The translations under genes were made by a program, and so were the position numbers. The notes under the pieces are model-generated. The model did not search any database. It had not been told where the DNA came from and saw only the letters and a program-made list of their open reading frames with translations. Positions 14,490 to 20,829 of a stretch of 32,646 nt of DNA are shown piece after piece (within the stretch, counting starts at the first letter, position 1; each line of letters opens with the position of its first letter). Source of the stretch: Eubacteriales bacterium (lineage in GTDB: Bacteria; Bacillota; Clostridia; Oscillospirales; CAG-272); NCBI GenBank assembly GCA_045535215.1, contig JAZSLE010000214.1, positions 1-32,646 on the forward strand, given 5' to 3'.

Positions 14490-16574
14490 ATGTTCGAAAA
14501 TTACAAGAAGTTCAATTACACACTCGCCGGAAGACCTCTCGTTATCGAGAGCGGTAAGCTTGCCGGCCTTGCTAACGGTTCTGTACTCGTAAGATACGGC
14601 GAGACGGCCGTTCTTTGCTGCGCAACCGCATCGGTACGTCCCCGTGACGGCATCGACTTCCTTCCCCTTTCCGTTGACTTTGAGGAAAGAATGTACGCTG
14701 CAGGTAAGATCCCCGGCGGTTACCTCAAGAGAGAGGGCAAGCCTTCCGAAAAGGCTATTCTCACATCCCGTGTTATAGACAGACCGATCCGTCCTCTTTT
14801 CCCAAAGGATCTCAGAAACGACGTTGCTCTCAGCCTTACCGTTCTTTCTGTAGACAATGACTGTTCTCCCGAGATCACCGCTATGATCGGCGCATCCGTA
14901 GCTCTCTCCATCTCCGATATTCCGTGGAACGGCCCTATCGGCGGAGTTTTCGTAGGTCTCGTTGACGGTGAGATAATCATCAACCCGACCGAAGAGCAGA
15001 GAAAGGTCAGCGACCTCGAGCTTACTGTTGCAGCAAGCGAGAAGAAGGTAGTTATGATCGAGGCAGGAGCTAAGGAAGTAGACGATGACACTATGTTCAA
15101 CGCTATCATGAAGGCTCACGCAGAGATCAAGGACCTCATCATATTCATCAACGGCATCGTAGACGAGATAGGTAAGCCCAAGTTTGAGTATCCCTCTTGC
15201 GAGCTTGATCACGATATGTTCGACAAGGTATTCGCATTCTGCGAGGCTGATCTTATGAACGCTCTTGATACAGACGACAAGACAGTACGTGACGCAAGAG
15301 TTGCTCCCATTTACGACGCTATCGTTGAGAAGTTCAGCGAAGAGTATCCCGAGATTCCCAACATCATGGAGGAGCTTCTCTACAAGATGCAGAAGAAGAT
15401 CGTTCGCCGTTGGTTGCTTGAGGACAAGAAGCGTGTTGACGGAAGAAGGCTCGACGAGATCCGTCCTCTCGCTGCTGAGGCAGGTCTCTTCAAGAACGTT
15501 CACGGAAGCGGACTCTTCACAAGAGGACAAACACAGGTTCTCACCATGGCTACTCTCGGTACTCTCGGTGAGGCTCAGATGCTTGACGGTATCGACAACG
15601 AGACAAGCAAGAGATATATCCACCACTACAATATGCCCGGCTTCTCTACAGGCGAAGCAAAGCCCTCCAGAAGCCCCGGAAGACGTGAGATCGGTCACGG
15701 TGCTCTCGCAGAGCGTTCTCTCGTTCCCGTTCTTCCCTCTGAGGAGGAATTCCCCTATGCTATCCGTCTCGTAAGTGAGGTAGTTTCTTCCAACGGTTCT
15801 ACTTCTCAGGCTTCCGTCTGCGGTTCCACCCTTGCACTTATGGATGCAGGTGTTCCGATAAAGGCTCCTGTTGCAGGTATCTCCTGCGGTCTTATCACAG
15901 AGGGCGACAGATGGATGACAATGATAGACATTCAGGGCCTCGAGGACTTCTACGGCGATATGGACTTCAAGGTCGCCGGAACTCACAAGGGTATCACATC
16001 CATCCAGATGGACCTTAAGATAGACGGTCTTACACCCGAAATAATCAAGGAAGCCTTCGCTGTTACACACAAGGGCAGAGATTACATCATCGACGATATA
16101 ATCCTCAAGGCTATCCCCGCTCCCAGAGCAGACGTTAACGAGTGCGCTCCCAAGATGATTATTATGAAGATTAATTTTGATAAGATAAGAGAGGTTATCG
16201 GCTCCGGCGGAAAAGTAATTCAGAAGATCGTTGCAGACACAGGCGCAAAGATAGATATAAACGACGACGGCACGATATTCATCGCTGCTGTTAATCGCAA
16301 GGCTGCAGACTCCGCAAAGGCAATAATCGAAGCTATCGTGTTCGAGCCTGTTGAGGGTGCAGTATATACGGGTACCGTAACAAGCATAAAGGAGTTTGGT
16401 GCTTTTGTTGAGTACGCTCCCGGCAAGGAAGGTCTCGTTCACATCTCCAAGATCGCAAAGACGAGAATTGACAAGGTAGAGGACGTTCTCAAGCTTGGCG
16501 ACGTAGTAAAGGTTAAGTACATCGGTCTTGACAAAAAAGGTCGCATGGACTTCTCCATTAAGGACGCAGAGTAA
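14490..16574 (+). CDS. pnp: polynucleotide phosphorylase / polyribonucleotide nucleotidyltransferase
   Basis: 694 aa with two RNase PH-like halves, a KH region (GGKVIQKIVADTGAKIDI) and an S1 region (GTVTSIKEFGAFVEY). GGAGGA RBS is present. Confidence 0.95.
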   Translation: MFENYKKFNYTLAGRPLVIESGKLAGLANGSVLVRYGETAVLCCATASVRPRDGIDFLPLSVDFEERMYAAGKIPGGYLKREGKPSEKAILTSRVIDRPIRPLFPKDLRNDVALSLTVLSVDNDCSPEITAMIGASVALSISDIPWNGPIGGVFVGLVDGEIIINPTEEQRKVSDLELTVAASEKKVVMIEAGAKEVDDDTMFNAIMKAHAEIKDLIIFINGIVDEIGKPKFEYPSCELDHDMFDKVFAFCEADLMNALDTDDKTVRDARVAPIYDAIVEKFSEEYPEIPNIMEELLYKMQKKIVRRWLLEDKKRVDGRRLDEIRPLAAEAGLFKNVHGSGLFTRGQTQVLTMATLGTLGEAQMLDGIDNETSKRYIHHYNMPGFSTGEAKPSRSPGRREIGHGALAERSLVPVLPSEEEFPYAIRLVSEVVSSNGSTSQASVCGSTLALMDAGVPIKAPVAGISCGLITEGDRWMTMIDIQGLEDFYGDMDFKVAGTHKGITSIQMDLKIDGLTPEIIKEAFAVTHKGRDYIIDDIILKAIPAPRADVNECAPKMIIMKINFDKIREVIGSGGKVIQKIVADTGAKIDINDDGTIFIAAVNRKAADSAKAIIEAIVFEPVEGAVYTGTVTSIKEFGAFVEYAPGKEGLVHISKIAKTRIDKVEDVLKLGDVVKVKYIGLDKKGRMDFSIKDAE

Positions 16575-16588
16575 TTATTTATCGCACG

Positions 16589-16626
16589 CCCTACACCTTA
16601 TGCGATATCTCACATAAGGTGTAGGG
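16589..16626 (+). terminator. 14-bp perfect stem-loop after pnp (terminator-like or 3' stabiliser; no T-tract)
   Basis: CCCTACACCTTATG (16589-16602) pairs with CATAAGGTGTAGGG (16613-16626), with a 10-nt loop. The downstream sequence GTCACAACC is not U-rich, so it is not a classical intrinsic terminator. Confidence 0.45.
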
Positions 16627-16664
16627 GTCACAACCTCAGTTTCAAATAAGGAGGAACGTAATTT

Positions 16665-17807
16665 ATGAATGATAACAACAACGGCCTCAATCAGTTTAAC
16701 AAGCGCCAGATAGAAAGCAGAAACGGACGCGCGAGAAGAAGGACCTTCCAGAGAATCGCGGTTCTTGTCCTGTTTATATTGCTCGTAGCAATACTTGCTA
16801 CCGTTCTCGTGCTGGTAATAGCGGATATAGGCGAAAATATAGCTACGCGACTTCCTCAGAATGACGACCCCATAAAAACAGATCCGAACGGTCAGACTAT
16901 GGTGACGACCCCGACAGACAGCGGAACGAGCGGATCGGAAGATCCGGACAGTACCACTCCTTCGGAGACTACTCCGTCTCAGACCGACGAGGTTACGACC
17001 GCAGGCAACTCCGGATATAAGTACGTATATTATACAAAGGCTCAGATGTATCAGGGCTCTCTTATTCTCGTAAACGAGGATCATCCCTTCGTTGAGCCCG
17101 CAGATATGGCTTCACAGGTTGAGCGTATCGCAAATTACAGACCTTCAGAGTCTAAGTCCCTTTACTTCCTCGCAACAAACGTTAAGCTTCTTCCCCGTGT
17201 TTCACAGCAGCTCTACAAAATGTCCGACGCAAACTTCGCAGACACAAAGATAAACGACCTTTGTATCTCAACGAACGGTGCATACAGAACCAATGAAGAG
17301 CAGCAGGCGCTTTTTGACGGCGGATACGACAGCTTCCCCGGCGGTTGCTCTGACTTCAACACAGGACTTTCGGTATACTTTATCGGATATCCCGCACCGG
17401 GACAGTACCCCGCACTTGACAGCTCGTCCTACCCCAGCGGCGCGGTAATAGCAAACTGGCTTGAGAAATATTCCTACAGGTACGGCTTTATAAAGCGCTT
17501 CACGGCAAGCAAGCAGGTCATCACTGGTCACTCCGAGGACGTAGGCCACTACAGATACGTTGGCTACGTTCACGCCTACAATATGGTACAGAACAACCTT
17601 TGTCTTGAAGAATATATCAATATGATCTCTAGGTACACGTTCCTTGGCCAGCACTACAAGGTAATTGCGGACGACGGTCATAGTTACGAAATATATTATG
17701 TTGCAAGTACCGGTGACATTACGGATGTTCCCGTTCCCGAATCCCTTCCTTACGAGGTATCGGGAGATAACTACAGCGGCTACATCGTAACCGTTACACT
17801 TAACTGA
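16665..17807 (+). CDS. membrane-anchored VanY / peptidase M15B-like (D-Ala-D-Ala carboxypeptidase family) protein with apparently degenerate zinc site
   Basis: 380 aa. AAGGAGGA RBS, an N-terminal TM (IAVLVLFILLVAILATVLVLVIA) and a Thr/Ser/Pro linker. The family pattern is LILVNEDHP...YRTNEEQQALFD...PGGCSDFNTGLSVYF...NWLEKYSYRYGFIKRF...ITGHSEDVGHYRYVG...LEEY. Confidence 0.7.
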   Translation: MNDNNNGLNQFNKRQIESRNGRARRRTFQRIAVLVLFILLVAILATVLVLVIADIGENIATRLPQNDDPIKTDPNGQTMVTTPTDSGTSGSEDPDSTTPSETTPSQTDEVTTAGNSGYKYVYYTKAQMYQGSLILVNEDHPFVEPADMASQVERIANYRPSESKSLYFLATNVKLLPRVSQQLYKMSDANFADTKINDLCISTNGAYRTNEEQQALFDGGYDSFPGGCSDFNTGLSVYFIGYPAPGQYPALDSSSYPSGAVIANWLEKYSYRYGFIKRFTASKQVITGHSEDVGHYRYVGYVHAYNMVQNNLCLEEYINMISRYTFLGQHYKVIADDGHSYEIYYVASTGDITDVPVPESLPYEVSGDNYSGYIVTVTLN

Positions 17808-17816
17808 CACCAGCTC

Positions 17817-17855
17817 GGAATGCCTTGCATATTTTTGTAAGGCATTCCTTTGTTT
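17817..17855 (+). terminator. rho-independent terminator after the VanY-like gene
   Basis: GGAATGCCTT (17817-17826) pairs with AAGGCATTCC (17839-17848), extendable by 3 further pairs. It is followed by TTTGTTT. Confidence 0.7.
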
Positions 17856-17878
17856 AAGCTGAAGAAAGAGAGTTATTT

Positions 17879-19348
17879 ATGCGAAAATTCAGTTTATTGC
17901 TGATATTTTTATTACTGACCTCGCTCGTATGTTCGTGCGGTGTGATTGAGATCAACCGTCCGGATACGGAAACAGAAGTAACGACTCCCGTGCAGACCAC
18001 CGTACTGTCTGCACCCGAAACGGATCCTCCTATAGACGTGACCTCACAAGCACCGACTGTTATCCCCGAGCCTTACGTTTGGGATATACCGAAGGAGGAG
18101 GCCGAGAAAAGACTTAACGCGCAGGTAGATCTGTCATTCAAGGACAGTACGCTGTTTATAGTCGACGGAACCAAGGCATTCTCCTCTGCACTCATAGAGA
18201 ATAACGACTACAGTGAGGCATTGTACGAAAGAAACAATATGATCACCGAAAAGTACGGCTTCAAGATAACCGTGTCCACAATGGATAACGCCACCATGTT
18301 TGAGGATTTCAAGGCGACCGTTTCCTCGGGAAACACCTATTGTGATCTTCTTTCTGTGCCGGCACACTCGGTAGGTCTTTATATAACGAGCGGACTTGTG
18401 GTAAACCAGCGCTCGCTCGCCTTCTTTGACAGCAAGGAGACAAACGCGCCCGACGGCTTCAAGGGCTGTAACGTTGCGGGAAACGACGTGTATTTCTCGT
18501 GCGGATACTCAACTCTTACACCCTCGGATCTCACATCTCTCTACTTTAACAAAAGCATTCTTGAGAAGCTCAACGTGGATCTGTATGAGGAGATACTGAG
18601 TGGCAGATTTACCATTGAAAGATACCGTGAGCTTGTGGTTCTCACCCAAAGCTCCGTCGTAATAGCAAACGATATCGATCTTCCCCTTATCTCTCTTGAG
18701 GCTACCGGAACATCCCTGCTTGACACGGGATACGGTATAAACGTAACGCTAAGCGGCGACAAAGTAAGTAAGGCGATATCCGATTCCTCAAGATATCTTT
18801 CCTCTCTCTTCTTCTCACAAAAGGAAACGACTGAGGAAAAGGACGATTACGATATCTTCTGCAGCAACGAAGCTTTGTTCAGAATAGGTACTCTCGCAGA
18901 TATGGAGAATCTTTATGAGCAAAAGGTGTTCTGGGGACTTTCTCCTCTTCCCTGCGCAGAGGAAGGTGCGGAATATACCACACCCGTAAACAGCAGCATC
19001 GCATGCCTTATGATCCCGAAGAATACCACGAAGTCAGAGCTGACGTCTATCGCGATAAACGCACTCAACGCGGCATCGTACGAGTGGCTCTGCAGCAGCG
19101 CGGGACTCTATTACTCAAAGTACCAGATACCCGACGTAAACTGTGTTGAAACGATAAAGCTTATTATAAAGCGGCCCGTGTTCAGCTTTTCCGCAACCGC
19201 TCAGGTGCTTTCTCCCGCTTTTAAGCCCACCTTTATGGACACCATTTTCGCAATGGCCAAGGGAGAAAACGTTGATCTTAACGGCATTATCTCCTCGGGA
19301 AAATTGGGAACGATACAGGGAGAGCTCTCCAAATATTATTGGAACTGA
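17879..19348 (+). CDS. lipoprotein, family-1 solute-binding-protein-like (orphan; no permease or ATPase nearby)
   Basis: 489 aa. Signal MRKFSLLLIFLLLTSLVCS-C with a lipobox-compatible Cys20, then a Thr/Pro linker. The segment ENNDYSEALYERNNMITEKYGFKITV...VSSGNTYCDLL resembles large clostridial sugar-SBP lipoproteins, judged by eye only. Confidence 0.55.
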   Translation: MRKFSLLLIFLLLTSLVCSCGVIEINRPDTETEVTTPVQTTVLSAPETDPPIDVTSQAPTVIPEPYVWDIPKEEAEKRLNAQVDLSFKDSTLFIVDGTKAFSSALIENNDYSEALYERNNMITEKYGFKITVSTMDNATMFEDFKATVSSGNTYCDLLSVPAHSVGLYITSGLVVNQRSLAFFDSKETNAPDGFKGCNVAGNDVYFSCGYSTLTPSDLTSLYFNKSILEKLNVDLYEEILSGRFTIERYRELVVLTQSSVVIANDIDLPLISLEATGTSLLDTGYGINVTLSGDKVSKAISDSSRYLSSLFFSQKETTEEKDDYDIFCSNEALFRIGTLADMENLYEQKVFWGLSPLPCAEEGAEYTTPVNSSIACLMIPKNTTKSELTSIAINALNAASYEWLCSSAGLYYSKYQIPDVNCVETIKLIIKRPVFSFSATAQVLSPAFKPTFMDTIFAMAKGENVDLNGIISSGKLGTIQGELSKYYWN

Positions 19349-19356
19349 TAATAAGC

Positions 19357-19400
19357 AAAAAGCTATGCATTCAAGTCTTGAATGCATAGCTTTATTTTTT
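19357..19400. terminator. bidirectional rho-independent terminator between the lipoprotein gene and pgeF
   Basis: Perfect palindrome: AGCTATGCATTCAAG (19361-19375) and CTTGAATGCATAGCT (19377-19391). It is flanked by AAAA upstream and TTTATTTTTT downstream. Confidence 0.8.
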
Positions 19401-20203
19401 TACAGTGATATAACGCTCAGATGGGTACCTCTTTTATCTCCGTCTCTTCTGTGCGAATAAAAATATCTCTTTTCGCATATCGTACACATTTCGCTTACGT
19501 CCATATTCTCATACGGTACACCATTTTTGTGTAATATGGCGGCGTTAAAGCCTTTAAGATCGGCTCTGTACCTTCCGTTTGAGGCTTTTTTTATAAAGTA
19601 CTTATCCGCTGTTTCGACATCGACGCTCTTCAATGCAGCTTCGTATACGTCGTCTCCAACCTCATAACAGCAGAGCGAGGCACACGGACCTATCGCAACG
19701 AACACGTCTCTCGGAGTGCCGCCGTACGAAAGAAGCTCCTTCAGCGCCTTATCAGCTATAAGACCAACGCTTCCGCGCCATCCGGCATGCACCGCCGCTA
19801 TCGCGACCGCCTTACCGTTTATCACGGTACTCATAAGTATCGGAACACAATCCGCCGTCTTTACGCCAAGCACTATTCCCTCTCGGCTCGTAACGTATCC
19901 GTCGTACGCCTTGTCGCTCTCTTTGTAGTATCCGAGACCCTTGTGCTCGTCTTCTGCGTGAAGGATATTCGTAGAATGGACCTGCGGGCAGGAAACGACG
20001 CATTGAGCATCAAAACCGAGTGCCTTTGCGCAAAGTGACAGATTCTCAAGCACTGTTTCATTACTGTCTCCTCGCGAGAAAGCGAGATTCAGCGCGCTCG
20101 TATCTCCTACCGAAGCACCGCCCGTACGGGTAAAAAAGGCGTTTTTGCATTTAAGCTTTGACGACGTATACCACGAAAGCTTATCCGAAAATTTAAGTTC
20201 CAT
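19400..20203 (-). CDS. pgeF: YfiH/PgeF (DUF152, laccase-domain) family protein; peptidoglycan editing factor / purine nucleoside phosphorylase-like
   Basis: 267 aa. Contains FFTRTGG, QVHS, ADCVPIL, AVHAGWRGS and C..C...YFYSHRRD, the hallmark residues of the family. Confidence 0.85.
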   Translation of the reverse strand: MELKFSDKLSWYTSSKLKCKNAFFTRTGGASVGDTSALNLAFSRGDSNETVLENLSLCAKALGFDAQCVVSCPQVHSTNILHAEDEHKGLGYYKESDKAYDGYVTSREGIVLGVKTADCVPILMSTVINGKAVAIAAVHAGWRGSVGLIADKALKELLSYGGTPRDVFVAIGPCASLCCYEVGDDVYEAALKSVDVETADKYFIKKASNGRYRADLKGFNAAILHKNGVPYENMDVSEMCTICEKRYFYSHRRDGDKRGTHLSVISL

Positions 20204-20231
20204 AAAAACAACTCCGAATTTTTATACCTCT

Positions 20232-20240
20232 ATTTTACCA
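20232..20240 (-). promoter_or_regulatory. possible extended -10 element upstream of pgeF
   Basis: Read on the minus strand: TGgTAAAAT (20240-20232). There is no good -35, so support is weak. Confidence 0.3.
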
Positions 20241-20277
20241 TACTTTTATTAACAATCTATATAACCTCGGTAACTTT

Positions 20278-20763
20278 TCAGATAAATAATACCTTCACGT
20301 TGAGAACGGTAAGAGCCACAAGCCATATTGCAAACAGCGTCAGGGTGACAGGTGCCAAGTTTCCCGCCTTAACGGCGCAAAAAATCGACGCACACGCGGA
20401 TAAAAGCGAAAGAAGTAAAACTATAAGACTAATAAAAGGAGCCATTGCAAAAAGAAAAAGGAAGGTCCATATCTGCAGAAAAAACACCGAGCAAAGAATA
20501 AGTAGACGACCGTTATATGCCTCAACGTACTGATATCTGCATTTACCGAGAACAAAGAAGGATACTCCGCAGGCATATACCGCTACGAGATGTACGAGGA
20601 CAAATACAGGCACGGGAAGAAAGCATTTGCTGACCCCGAGGAAAACAAATCCCGTAAAAAAGTTGCCCGGCGCAAGCAACAGAACAAGTGCAAGTGCAGG
20701 AAATATTATTGCCCACAAAAGTGAGCTTTTAAACTCCGGCAGAATACTTCTCAGCCGTTTCAC
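20278..20763 (-). CDS. five-TM small membrane protein, faintly TspO/MBR-like; function unknown
   Basis: Start moved to GTG 20763 (GGAGG 7 nt upstream), because the track ATG at 20793 lies inside the stem of the PBP terminator. About 160 aa and five hydrophobic helices. Loose TspO-like spacing is seen (PVPVFVLVHLVAVY; LQIWTFLF; AIWLVALTVLN). Confidence 0.5.
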   Translation of the reverse strand: MKRLRSILPEFKSSLLWAIIFPALALVLLLAPGNFFTGFVFLGVSKCFLPVPVFVLVHLVAVYACGVSFFVLGKCRYQYVEAYNGRLLILCSVFFLQIWTFLFLFAMAPFISLIVLLLSLLSACASIFCAVKAGNLAPVTLTLFAIWLVALTVLNVKVLFI

Positions 20764-20773
20764 GCTACCACCT

Positions 20774-20819
20774 CCGAACAAAAACAGACGCATATACGAT
20801 AATTGTATATGCGTCTGTT
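20774..20819 (-). terminator. rho-independent terminator of the class A PBP gene
   Basis: 15-bp perfect stem: AACAGACGCATATAC (20783-20797) pairs with GTATATGCGTCTGTT (20805-20819), with a 7-nt loop. On the minus strand it is followed by TTTGTT, which with the terminal TT of the stem arm gives a TTTTTGTT run. Confidence 0.7.
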
Positions 20820-20829
20820 GTTTTAAATA

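Noticed and set aside
14457-16442. 661-aa ORF on the minus strand covering almost all of pnp.
   Set aside because: It is exactly codon-complementary to pnp. It has no RBS or promoter context and a composition typical of antisense translation (rich in Val, Cys, Ser and Leu). It is an artefact of missing TTA/CTA/TCA codons in the sense gene.
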